64,000 nucleotides of DNA from a virus (Duplodnaviria; Heunggongvirae; Uroviricota; Caudoviricetes), in IMG/VR virus record IMGVR_UViG_3300009709_000002, positions 1-64,000 of that record; one strand, written 5' to 3'. Numbering within the stretch: the stretch's first letter is position 1; every line of letters begins with the position of its first letter. Of this stretch, positions 1-8,122 are shown piece after piece. The translations under genes were made by a program, and so were the position numbers. The notes under the pieces were generated by a model. It had not been told where the DNA came from. It ran no database searches and was given only the letters and a program-made list of their open reading frames with translations.

Positions 1-244
1 AGCTGAAACCGGAGCCGTAGGCGCCCATGCCAGGAGCCGAAACGTTTGCTACGGTTTGGTGCGTGTCCGACGGTGATGCGGCGCTGTTGAACGTGATGTT
101 CTGAGCGTTGCCGGCGTTTTGCGCGGCGGATGATGCACCAGAGGTGATCGTATTGCTTGCGGAGCTACCAGCGGTCGGGACAGATTGTGCGTGAGCTGCT
201 ACTGCCATGCTGAGAACTGTCAAACCTGCGATAAAGCGTTTCAT
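1..244 (-). CDS. secreted low-complexity protein (partial, runs off window)
   Basis: Manual translation MKRFIAGLTVLSMAVAAHAQSVPTAGSSASNTITSG...QNAGNAQNITFNS; signal peptide; SD AGGAG upstream; not in ORF track. Confidence 0.8.
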   Translation of the reverse strand, partial: MKRFIAGLTVLSMAVAAHAQSVPTAGSSASNTITSGASSAAQNAGNAQNITFNSAASPSDTHQTVANVSAPGMGAYGSGFS

Positions 245-266
245 GTTTTCTCCTGATCATCTGATG

Positions 267-295
267 ATGCGGCGGGCTGATTCAGCCCGCCGCAT
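267..295. terminator. perfect 14-bp inverted repeat (hairpin) between two secreted-protein genes
   Basis: ATGCGGCGGGCTGA-T-TCAGCCCGCCGCAT; no clear U-tract. Confidence 0.5.
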
Positions 296-342
296 ACCAT
301 GCCTACCACATCATCTGTGGTACCGGTCCGGCGATGCTTGAA

Positions 343-852
343 TTACCAGCCTTGGAAGCCCTTGGTTTGTTGCGCGTAGCTGTCGTAGCCGGCGATGGCG
401 AACTGGCCGCCGACCGCTTGGTACGTTGCGTTGCTGTACGCGCTGGCCGACACGTTGGTGCCGAAGCCGCCCGAGGTCGAGCCGTACGTGCCGTTTGCCG
501 TGGCCGACGGGTTGTACGATTGGCCGGCGGTGCCGTACGAGTTGGCGGTCGAGGTCGAGCCGGTGTTGGTGTACGACGTGCTGCCCGTCGGTGCGAACGT
601 ATTGCCGGCGGTCGCGAAGTTGTTGCTCGTCGCGGTCGTCGTTTCGTACGAGCTACCGTAGCCGTTCACCAGCGTCGATGCTTGCGAACCGCCGGTGGTC
701 GAGACGCCGGTGTACGAAGTGCCGCCACCCGTGTAGACTTGAGCCGAACCGCCGGCGCCGAAGCCAGCTTGTTGAGCGGACGAGGAGCTACCAGCGAATG
801 CCGAAGCCGAGAACAGACCAGCCAGCGCGAGTGCAAGTGCGATTTTCTTCAT
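343..852 (-). CDS. secreted Ser/Thr/Gly-rich protein
   Basis: Signal peptide MKKIALALALAGLFSASAFA; low-complexity body; SD GGAG. Confidence 0.85.
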   Translation of the reverse strand: MKKIALALALAGLFSASAFAGSSSSAQQAGFGAGGSAQVYTGGGTSYTGVSTTGGSQASTLVNGYGSSYETTTATSNNFATAGNTFAPTGSTSYTNTGSTSTANSYGTAGQSYNPSATANGTYGSTSGGFGTNVSASAYSNATYQAVGGQFAIAGYDSYAQQTKGFQGW

Positions 853-980
853 GGTGAATCTCCAAATGGTTGAATTAGCGCGATGAGTTTGAATCGAAAT
901 GTACTCGCGCGATACATCTCGGGAAAACTAACTTTTTTGTCCTTCCTACCGAGTGTTTCTGTTTCAGTAGGATTAAGATT

Positions 981-1010
981 ATTATAACTAACTTCTTACT
1001 TCATGTAAAC
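981..1010 (-). promoter_or_regulatory. early-type promoter GTTTAC-N18-TATAAT
   Basis: T4-like early consensus. Same geometry recurs at 2919-2948, 3076-3105, 5426-5455, 9195-9224, 9676-9705, 10040-10069, 14679-14708, 22497-22526, 24815-24844, 30205-30234, 41186-41215, 44404-44433, 45828-45857, 53934-53963, 55976-56005. Confidence 0.85.
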
Positions 1011-1203
1011 CGTCTTTCCAACTTTTTAGCAACTTTTTAACCATTTTTAAAGTGTTTTGCCGTAGATGAACTTCTCATTCTAAAGCAACCTACTTTGAAC
1101 ATGATCAAGCTACCATAGATGTATAGTAATACAGCTCACGTCAAAAGTATACACATTGACCACTTTGGTGTATCTTTTTTGAAACAAATGGAGGCTAGAA
1201 CGT

Positions 1204-1230
1204 CAAAAGCTAGGAATTTCCTAGCTTTTG
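1204..1230. terminator. bidirectional intrinsic terminator
   Basis: CAAAAGCTAGGAATTTCCTAGCTTTTG. Confidence 0.75.
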
Positions 1231-1251
1231 AATGAACTTTGTGGGACTTTC

Positions 1252-1671
1252 TTAGATGGTAGAGACTATGAAGCACATGTCTTCATTGATCTTTTTGGAC
1301 TGCTCGAGGGCAGCTTTGATTGAAGCGAGGGTAGAAGTCTTAGGAGAGGAGTGTTCGGTTAGCTCAATAGTAGCATACTTGCTACCGTTTCTAACCGCCG
1401 CGAAGATGAGAGTAGAATTGACGCTGTCTTCATCAATTACTTGGATGAAACCTTGATCACCATGTTTGGTGAAGGCCTTGATCGCTTCCGTAACCTCAGT
1501 CACGGTGCTGGCGCTAATGTCATTTTGTAGCTCTTCGAGCTGCTCGGTCAGATCAGCATTTACTAATTGACCAAGTGAAAGCATTACCGCGTTAGACTCA
1601 TGCAATGCGATGCCGACTTTAGCGGCAAAGAATCTTGCAACTAGTTGCTGCTTAATTTCATGAAGCTTCAT
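1252..1671 (-). CDS. hypothetical late protein
   Basis: 139-aa ORF with ATAAATA box upstream at 1700-1706. Confidence 0.7.
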   Translation of the reverse strand: MKLHEIKQQLVARFFAAKVGIALHESNAVMLSLGQLVNADLTEQLEELQNDISASTVTEVTEAIKAFTKHGDQGFIQVIDEDSVNSTLIFAAVRNGSKYATIELTEHSSPKTSTLASIKAALEQSKKINEDMCFIVSTI

Positions 1672-1699
1672 TCGTGGTCCGGTTTAGAAATTGTAACTT

Positions 1700-1706
1700 T
1701 ATTTAT
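1700..1706 (-). promoter_or_regulatory. T4-type late promoter (ATAAATA)
   Basis: Motif recurs just upstream of genes at 4295, 6599, 6932, 7321, 10099, 11912, 12293, 19513, 20396, 22464, 46637 (minus) and 33938, 60736, 62430 (plus). Confidence 0.75.
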
Positions 1707-2082
1707 CTAACCGATAGTGGAAGACCGAGCTGGAGAAAAAAGATGGGCTGAGACTCGGGGATCGAAATCAATCCTATCTCAGCCCTAACATAATGAAAGC
1801 ACAAAGGGTATGTTTTGCGCTCTCATCACACGCACAGAAAATCTTTACTTTGGTGCAAGACCCCCGCGATGTAGTAACACTTCTCGCTGATGCTACCCCC
1901 GTAAAACCTTTAGCGCCAGATGGCGAATTTGAAGATATCTGGTGCTTCTTTTGCACATCTTATGAAATACTTCCAGTAAGTTCAATATATTACAAATCAA
2001 ATTAGATAGACACTACTGTTACAATTTTCTTGTTCACAAATGGAATTTGATTCAACCTTGAATCATTTTAGACTCTTCAACA

Positions 2083-2112
2083 TCAAAGGCGATGAATATT
2101 CATCGCCTTTGA
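2083..2112 (-). terminator. intrinsic terminator
   Basis: TCAAAGGCGATGAATATTCATCGCCTTTGA just downstream of the HD gene. Confidence 0.7.
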
Positions 2113-2127
2113 TTGAGTAGCTAATTC

Positions 2128-2892
2128 TTACTGGCCTGCGTCCGCCGGGCTACGTTTCAGCTGGTCGGCAAGCATCTTCAACGTTTCAACCTCTTGCATA
2201 AGCCGAGCGATCTCATCGTCTCTGACGGTCAGCATTGATTGAAGGTGATTGCGCTCTGTCTCGACGCGATTGTGAGATCTTATAAGCGCGATTTGATCCT
2301 TCAAATGATGACGAATGTTCATGTACAAGCCGTGCTGCTCTGGAAAATTGCTGTCAGCTCTCTCCAACATCGGCAAGAAATCATTCTCACCTTCATCAAG
2401 GTAGCTTAGCTGCTTTTGCAGGCCGAACACACCTACCATTGAGTTGAAGTTTTCATAGCGGTCAATACCTTTCGTCGCCGAAGCACGGTGATCTTCGCTA
2501 AGAGCTAAGAAAAAGCTCGTCTTGTCTTTGAACTCACCACGGAACTTCTTGGTAGTGAGCCAGATCGAGTGGCTTCGTTCAGCGCCGAACTTGTTGACCA
2601 GCTCTTCGATCGACACACCGTAGTCTTCAGGCGTATCGTGGAGCAAGGCGGTGATGATAGCACCTTCTTGATCAATTAGATCAGCGTAGTCGGAGAGATT
2701 TAAAGCGATTCTGACCTGATGGTGAAATTCTGGAGTGCTACCATCTTTTCTGAACTGGAGAACATCACCAGCTTCATTCCGACGAAAGTGATACTTTTCT
2801 GACAAATTCATGGCACGAAGAGCATCATAAAATCTTCGGCCTTGAAGGAAATTGTTTAGCGCGATGCGCTGTTTCTTGAAGGTTGTGGTCAT
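2128..2892 (-). CDS. SpoT/Mesh1-like HD hydrolase (small alarmone hydrolase-like) with C-terminal coiled coil
   Basis: QFRKDGSTPEFHH, ALLHDTPED, K..DR..N motifs. Confidence 0.8.
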   Translation of the reverse strand: MTTTFKKQRIALNNFLQGRRFYDALRAMNLSEKYHFRRNEAGDVLQFRKDGSTPEFHHQVRIALNLSDYADLIDQEGAIITALLHDTPEDYGVSIEELVNKFGAERSHSIWLTTKKFRGEFKDKTSFFLALSEDHRASATKGIDRYENFNSMVGVFGLQKQLSYLDEGENDFLPMLERADSNFPEQHGLYMNIRHHLKDQIALIRSHNRVETERNHLQSMLTVRDDEIARLMQEVETLKMLADQLKRSPADAGQ

Positions 2893-2948
2893 GTTATTCT
2901 CACTAATTCGATGATTTTATTCTAACATCATGAAGCTAGAAAGTAAAC

Positions 2949-3069
2949 AAAAAAGAGGAGACGCCGTATGGGTACGACGTCTCCTTCAACGGGGGTTCTC
3001 AATCATGAGACCAACATGATTGAATCAGCGAGCGGTACTTCCGAGGGCCGTATATACCGCTAACCGATA
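2949..3069 (-). ncRNA. candidate ~120-nt small RNA
   Basis: Early promoter at 3076-3105, three hairpins, then U-tract terminator; no ORF. Confidence 0.55.
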
Positions 3070-3122
3070 AAGAAGATTATATCAAAGAAGTGTTCGGTAG
3101 TAAACACTTCTTTTCATATCTT

Positions 3123-3800
3123 TTAGGTTGCCGAAGCATCACCCGTGTGGAACGAGAACGACTTTGCACCGGAGCGGTAGGCAGTAGAAGCCAATGTGAC
3201 GTTTTCGAAACCGTTGGCGACACCAGCTGCGTTAGCAGTGAACGAGACAGAGTTCGCCGTCTTGATGTTCAACCCACGGGCAACTGACTGGACGTCGATG
3301 TTGGCACCGATGAAGATGGTTTCCCAGCCGAGGTTCGCTTCAACATCCTTGATCAACGCTGCAACCGAGCTACGTGTGTATTCAACGCTGGCGTTCTCTG
3401 CGCCGTCGGTCATGATAGCAACGATCGTCTTGACATCAGGAGAAGAAGTTGCACGGTTCTCGGTGATAACTCGTCCGATAGCATCGTTCATCGCGGTGTA
3501 GCCGCGGGGCACGAAGTCATCTTGAGTAAGGGTCTTAACCTTCTGGAGATCGACGCCTGAGAACACCGTTTCAACCTTGTCATCAAAGATGATGAGCGAG
3601 ACTTCTGCTTCACCTTCGAGCTTCTGCTGCTCGGCAATAAACTTATTGAAGCCACCAACTGCTGCTTCACGGAGGGTATTCATCGAACCAGAACGGTCGA
3701 GAATGAAGAAAATGCGTGATTTTGAAGGTACTGCCGACTCGGTTACAACCGTCGTAGTTGTGGTGGTCGTCGTAACGACCTTCTTTGCTTTCTTTGTCAT
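3123..3800 (-). CDS. vWA domain protein
   Basis: MIDAS motif DRSGSM; T in GYTAMNDA; D in MTDGAEN. Confidence 0.9.
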   Translation of the reverse strand: MTKKAKKVVTTTTTTTTVVTESAVPSKSRIFFILDRSGSMNTLREAAVGGFNKFIAEQQKLEGEAEVSLIIFDDKVETVFSGVDLQKVKTLTQDDFVPRGYTAMNDAIGRVITENRATSSPDVKTIVAIMTDGAENASVEYTRSSVAALIKDVEANLGWETIFIGANIDVQSVARGLNIKTANSVSFTANAAGVANGFENVTLASTAYRSGAKSFSFHTGDASAT

Positions 3801-3890
3801 GTGAGTATAGCTCTACAGAATTGCCAGACTAGCTTTCGCATACTGGTCTAGCATAAGTCCGTGCTATGCTAGGTTCCTACTAACATCTCT

Positions 3891-3925
3891 ATTTTAATCT
3901 TTCTGAAGATGCTTGGATATTTTTA
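3891..3925 (-). promoter_or_regulatory. second-class (middle-like) promoter AAAATAT(C/A)(C/A)-N18-TAnnAT
   Basis: Repeated at 33235-33269, 38897-38931, 47199-47233, 48196-48230, 52233-52266 with identical spacing. Confidence 0.7.
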
Positions 3926-4264
3926 GTCATCATTCAACAACTCCATCGCGACCTTTCCTAGCATCAGCTTGAGTCGAAGCATGAATTCTGGACGTTCAGT
4001 TGGCCCGTAGATGTCGAGGATAGCCTCTTCCATCTTTGAGATGATCGTCTTAATGCGCCATTCCGCATTCAGTGCTTCTCGACAAAAATCTTCCCAGTCG
4101 AGAACTAGGTCCTGCTCCTTCAACGTTTCGAGCAGCATTTCCATCGGGATTCCAGCTTCATTCACCAGCTTGAATCCACCTTTGATGACTCGTTTACCAT
4201 CAACGGTCATTCCGCTTAGCTTTACACCAAGCCTCTCTCGTTTTCTTTGCGAACGGCTCCCAAT
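3923..4264 (-). CDS. small protein resembling a helical segment of alanyl-tRNA synthetase; probable ATT start
   Basis: GGFKLVNEAGIPMEMLLE..KEQDLVLDWEDF resembles AlaRS AFKLYDTYGFPLDLT...VDxEGF; SD GGAGGA 6 nt before in-frame ATT at 4264; ATG at 4210 lacks a good SD. Confidence 0.6.
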   Translation of the reverse strand: MGSRSQRKRERLGVKLSGMTVDGKRVIKGGFKLVNEAGIPMEMLLETLKEQDLVLDWEDFCREALNAEWRIKTIISKMEEAILDIYGPTERPEFMLRLKLMLGKVAMELLNDD

Positions 4265-4347
4265 TGGGGTTCCTCCATATAGTGCATGAACGAGTATTTA
4301 TGTAGACAACAAAGGAGCTTTTCAGCTCCTCTGATGCAATAATGGGT

Positions 4348-4758
4348 GTACTAGAGATAAAGTCGGTTAGTGCCTCTACTGGTACTCAAATCAACCAAGA
4401 CGAGAGTAGAGCTGATGCAGCTTTCGCCACACCTAACTCCCAGTACCAACGCTAGATTTGTCGCGGCTGGCTTACGGCTCATAATAACGGATATGGCACC
4501 CGGATACCTAACCTTAGGTGACGCGGTCTGATAGTTAGTCTAGTCAGAAAGACTCATCCTGAATCCCCAGGTGAAGAGGTTGTGCCATCGTACTGCAGAG
4601 ATGCATCCCAGAGCTTACCTTTCGGGTTATCTCCAAGCTACATCAATTCGACGGTATATTGTGCTCCACAACGAGCCTCTCAGCGAGGGTAATATTGCTG
4701 AGACGTTTAGCTCTTAGAGTAGTCATTTTGAAGTATCACTCCCCTACGCAGCTAGTAC
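4348..4758 (-). ncRNA. large structured ncRNA candidate A (~410 nt)
   Basis: ORF-free; ends pair (GTACTAG/CTAGTAC); internal GAAA-capped hairpins; followed by terminator at 4311-4330. Confidence 0.6.
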
Positions 4759-4801
4759 GGTTGGAAACAGCCCCAATCAAGGAACTGCTTCCAATTTATT
4801 A

Positions 4802-4942
4802 AACCTGAGTTAAAGTCGAAAAGAGACTGATGTTGAAGTCTGCTGTCCTACCACTAGACGAAACCACAATCGTGGTTGCCGGAATCGAACCGACGTGTGC
4901 AGATTGGAGTTAACGAAGGAACTCTCTTCTACGCAACAGGTT
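4802..4942 (-). ncRNA. YrlA-type Y RNA (circularly permuted tRNA-like domain)
   Basis: Order T-arm (GTCGG-TTCGATT-CCGGC), loop-closed acceptor stem (AACCAC-GATT-GTGGTT), D-arm (AGTGGT loop); long basal stem AACCTG/CAGGTT with GTAGAAGAGAG/CTCTTTTCGAC. Confidence 0.75.
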
Positions 4943-5017
4943 TGGTAGCGGGAGACGGTTACGCTCCGCCCTGCTCTGGCTTATGAGGCCAGTGATGAAC
5001 TACTCCTCTATCCCGCA
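4943..5017 (-). tRNA. tRNA-Met(CAT), initiator-like, atypical T-loop
   Basis: 1:72 mismatch; CTGGC-CTCATAA-GCCAG; T-loop AGCGTAA; encoded CCA. Confidence 0.8.
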
Positions 5018-5031
5018 AACCTTCACAACTA

Positions 5032-5382
5032 CTATTCTGTAACTTCGGTGAGCTGGTTGCGTTCCTTGTAATAGCTCCACACGTATTCACCGTCTGAGCT
5101 ATATCCTGAAGGACCTTTCAACTGATAGATTCGACCAGACTTTGTCTTGCCGACCATCTTAGCTTCATCGAACTCTACGATCTGAGTCGAAACTCGACCA
5201 TTTCTGCCACCAGCTTCCGTTCCAACAAAGTATTCACCTTTGTCGGTCTTCTTAATCGTCCAATCATAAATGACGACAGAAGGCTGTTCTTCAATACTAG
5301 CTGCTGACCAGATAGAATTTCTGACCAAATGCAGAATCATCTGCTCAGCACTTGGCGAAATATTGTCTTGCTCTTCACTCAT
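5032..5382 (-). CDS. hypothetical protein
   Basis: 116-aa ORF with GRVST..TKSGRIYQLKG motif; early promoter upstream. Confidence 0.8.
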   Translation of the reverse strand: MSEEQDNISPSAEQMILHLVRNSIWSAASIEEQPSVVIYDWTIKKTDKGEYFVGTEAGGRNGRVSTQIVEFDEAKMVGKTKSGRIYQLKGPSGYSSDGEYVWSYYKERNQLTEVTE

Positions 5383-5461
5383 AATGGCTTGGTGTTCTTA
5401 TCGGTTGTGTTTAACCGATATGTGAATTATATCCAAGCTTGTTTTGAAAGTAAATTACTTT

Positions 5462-5809
5462 TCAATCGTTCTGGTCAACAACAAACAGTGCATCACCTCG
5501 AGACAGACCCATCTTCTTAAAGAGAGCAACAAGCTTTTCACTATCAAGCCTATTGGTGTCAACTCCATATGCTCCAAGAATTGCTGTCAGAACCTTGATG
5601 GCATCGTCATGAGACTCTTCTGGATTTGATAGTGTGCTGAATAAAACGTCACCAATTACGTTTTCATCCTCAACGGCTGCCAAGAGAGTATGAAGACCCT
5701 TCATAAATTTTCGAATGATCTCGCCTTGACGAGCACCATTCTCTTCCATCTCATCGTCTTCATCATTCTCGACGATCGTCTTACGTTCTAATACATCTAT
5801 GAGGTTCAT
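5462..5809 (-). CDS. acidic late protein, paralogue of 5806-6156
   Basis: Shared N-terminus (M.LID.L.R..IVE-acidic) and C-terminus (FK.MGL.RGDALFV.DQ). Confidence 0.8.
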   Translation of the reverse strand: MNLIDVLERKTIVENDEDDEMEENGARQGEIIRKFMKGLHTLLAAVEDENVIGDVLFSTLSNPEESHDDAIKVLTAILGAYGVDTNRLDSEKLVALFKKMGLSRGDALFVVDQND

Positions 5810-6156
5810 GATTGGTCCAATACAAAGAGAGCATCGCCACGAGTTAGACCCATAGCTTTGAAGAATTTGATGAAAGCTTCCTGTTCGGCGTCTTCATGAT
5901 CATAGTCAAATACTTTCGCTACACCATTGATGATGGCATCAGCTACTTGATTTACATCACCACCGCCACCACCGAATAACCAGTGATGAACATCCTCTTC
6001 ATCGAGCTTGATCTTACCTTTGCCCCACTTATTGAGAGCAGCCATCATCTTTTCACAAATTTCATCGCTGCGCTGCATATTGGCATCAAAATCGTCGTCA
6101 TCATCGTCATCGGTTTCAACGATAAGCTCTCGATCTAGTATGTCGATAAGATCCAT
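5806..6156 (-). CDS. acidic late protein, paralogue of 5462-5809
   Basis: As above; ATGA overlap with the next gene. Confidence 0.8.
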   Translation of the reverse strand: MDLIDILDRELIVETDDDDDDDFDANMQRSDEICEKMMAALNKWGKGKIKLDEEDVHHWLFGGGGGDVNQVADAIINGVAKVFDYDHEDAEQEAFIKFFKAMGLTRGDALFVLDQS

Positions 6157-6158
6157 GC

Positions 6159-6572
6159 TTACTCCGCGGCGAGGTCGCGCTCGTAAACTTGAACAGCTTT
6201 CTTCGTGCCAGCTAGCTTTACGTTGTAGAACGTGTCACGTGAACGCTTGCAGTAGCCATGATCTTCAACAGTTCCGCACTTACCGATGTGGGCTGCATAG
6301 TTTTCATCGGCGCCTGTCGAGATGCGAACTTTGTCGCCCTTACAGAACTTCTGCATCGTAGCTGTAGTTGGTGGAACAAGCTTTCCATCTTGACCAGCAA
6401 CCTTGAACTTAGCTTCCTTCTCAGCAGCTGCATCAGCTTGCTTCTTCGTAGGTTCCTTCTTTTGCGGAGGATTCTTTGTCGGAGGTGTATCCTTAGCCGA
6501 AGGATTTTTGCCCGGTTTCGTCTTAGCGAGGGCGTCTTTTTCTACTTTTAGCAGTTCTAGAATGAGGTCCAT
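6159..6572 (-). CDS. Lys/Pro-rich late protein with C-terminal KOW/SH3-like domain
   Basis: FCKGDKVRI...GKCGTV...YNVKL; late box at 6599. Confidence 0.7.
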   Translation of the reverse strand: MDLILELLKVEKDALAKTKPGKNPSAKDTPPTKNPPQKKEPTKKQADAAAEKEAKFKVAGQDGKLVPPTTATMQKFCKGDKVRISTGADENYAAHIGKCGTVEDHGYCKRSRDTFYNVKLAGTKKAVQVYERDLAAE

Positions 6573-6623
6573 ATGGAATCCTTAAGTTGAGATGTGCTTA
6601 TTTATTGTGTGGCAACGAGGATT

Positions 6624-6908
6624 TTACTCTTCGCTACCAGCTTCTTTGTGCAGCATCTTCTTTGCTTTTTCAAGCGTCATTCTACGATCACCAGAAAGCT
6701 TCGTACCCGCGCGATTGATGTAGAAGTTCAGAGCAGACATAGCGCCTTTGAGGTCGCTGTGTTCCTTCTTAAGCCACTCAACAATCTCAGCAGCTGAACC
6801 ATCAGCAAACAGATCTTTGGGTGAGTGCTTCTTCGTCTTTACATCGGCAGACCAATGCTTCTTCTTGCCTTCGTCTTTCTTTTCAGAGAGAATGTCAATG
6901 AGTTTCAT
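6624..6908 (-). CDS. DUF3175-like protein
   Basis: WS..V and AMSALNFYINRAGTKL...LEKAK motifs; late box at 6932. Confidence 0.7.
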   Translation of the reverse strand: MKLIDILSEKKDEGKKKHWSADVKTKKHSPKDLFADGSAAEIVEWLKKEHSDLKGAMSALNFYINRAGTKLSGDRRMTLEKAKKMLHKEAGSEE

Positions 6909-6945
6909 ACGTCATCCTTATTAAGATGAAGTATTTATCTCACCT

Positions 6946-7188
6946 TCATTTGATAGCGGCTTCAAGCTGTGCCAATTCTTCTTCAGTGATGTCAGGAATG
7001 GCAATTTTGACCTCTTTCTTGAAGATGCTGATCATTTCTTCAACAAAGCTAATGCCGTGATTTGCTTGAGCATCTTGTGCAACTTCCAGGTTCCACTTAA
7101 TAGAGAGCGGAACTCCATCAAATGAAAGCTCACAAACTGGATTGTACGTCTGCGGATCGATACCTTGCTTGACTGTGAATTTGCGCAT
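6946..7188 (-). CDS. small protein with a major-capsid (gp23)-like segment
   Basis: KWNLEVAQDAQANHGISFVEEMISIFKKEV resembles gp23 ..ELAQDLRAVHGMDADAELSGILATEI. Confidence 0.55.
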   Translation of the reverse strand: MRKFTVKQGIDPQTYNPVCELSFDGVPLSIKWNLEVAQDAQANHGISFVEEMISIFKKEVKIAIPDITEEELAQLEAAIK

Positions 7189-7206
7189 ATAAATTTGAAT
7201 GTAACA

Positions 7207-7230
7207 ACGGCTCTCGTAATTGAGAGCCGT
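7207..7230 (-). terminator. hairpin after tRNA-Gly
   Basis: ACGGCTCTCGTAATTGAGAGCCGT. Confidence 0.6.
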
Positions 7231-7232
7231 GT

Positions 7233-7308
<76 letters not shown>

Positions 7309-7346
7309 ATTGCATACTACTATTTATAAGAGAAATTCAATGATCC

Positions 7347-7825
7347 ACTAGGTTCGATGAATCTGCTGCAAGATGCTTTTCACTTTCTTGTCGGTTGGTC
7401 ACACTACCTAACCTATCATGTCGACGTGAAGAAATCTACTAAGAATCTCTCGACTTACGCTTAATCTCTCCGTTCTCTACAGGTCAACTTAGAGTGGCTC
7501 TAGCGTGGTCCATGGTCTTCAAACCACTTATCCTACCTTCGCGGATGCACCAGAGGTTGACATCATGTTGAACGACTCCCAGAGCTGCATATGTAGGCCG
7601 ATATTGGCTGAATCGATAGATAGCCTACCAGTTCTACATACCTGGATTTCATTGAAAGTCCGTCTAACTAGCACGTTCGTCGAGGGCGAAAAGCTTGCTC
7701 GTTGTAGCTAGTTAGGCGGTGTGACTTTTAGCGTTGATGACGCCTACTCTTTGAGGCCTCAGGAAGTATGCTCGCATCCACGAGGGAAGTAGGACGCATA
7801 CAACGGAGGATTCACTACCCCTAGT
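7347..7825 (-). ncRNA. large structured ncRNA candidate B (~480 nt)
   Basis: Ends pair (ACTAGG..GTGAATC / GATTCAT..CCTAGT); long internal helix CCGCCTAACTAGC/GCTAGTTAGACGG; no credible ORF. Confidence 0.6.
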
Positions 7826-7853
7826 CAGTATCACCTGACACGCTTGTTAGACA

Positions 7854-7877
7854 ACAAAGTCTCCGAAGAGACTTTGT
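7854..7877 (-). terminator. TTCG-capped hairpin/terminator
   Basis: ACAAAGTCTCCGAAGAGACTTTGT. Confidence 0.7.
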
Positions 7878-7882
7878 AATGA

Positions 7883-7956
7883 TGGTTGCGGCCGAGGGTA
7901 ACGCTCCCTCTCCCATCGCGGATTATGAGCCCGGAGTCAGCCTATCTGAAGCCGCT
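7883..7956 (-). tRNA. second tRNA-Met(CAT), atypical
   Basis: CGGG-CTCATAA-TCCG; T-arm GAGGG-AGCGTTA-CCCTC; 1:72 mismatch; short D-arm; CCA. Confidence 0.65.
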
Positions 7957-8031
7957 GGTGGACTAACTGTTGGTGAGCGCAGTTTCTACTACCCTGTCGG
8001 ATAGTCGCAATTACTACTATGCTATAGTCCA
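7956..8031 (-). ncRNA. tRNA-like RNA without a usable anticodon loop
   Basis: TGGACTA/TAGTCCA-CCA; anticodon arm zipped to 7 bp with GACA loop; non-canonical T-loop. Confidence 0.55.
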
Positions 8032-8042
8032 TTGTAAAACTT

Positions 8043-8121
8043 TGGAGCGGGAAGAGGGAATCGAACCCTGCGATCATCAGCTTGGAAGGCTGCGGCGCGC
8101 CCTTTGCGCCAGTCATCCCGC
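8043..8121 (-). tRNA. tRNA-Gly(TCC), atypical D-arm
   Basis: CAGC-CTTCCAA-GCTG; TTCGATT T-loop; U73-CCA. Confidence 0.8.
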
Positions 8122-8122
8122 A

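Noticed and set aside
1744-2005. Short ORFs 1793-2005 (+) and 1774-1956 (-) and a hairpin at 1744-1785
   Set aside because: No SD, motif or promoter support; function cannot be assigned
4348-4758. RNase P RNA, tmRNA or group I intron identity for the large RNAs
   Set aside because: No GAGGAAAGUCC P4 motif, no tRNA-like CCA end and no interrupted host gene recognised
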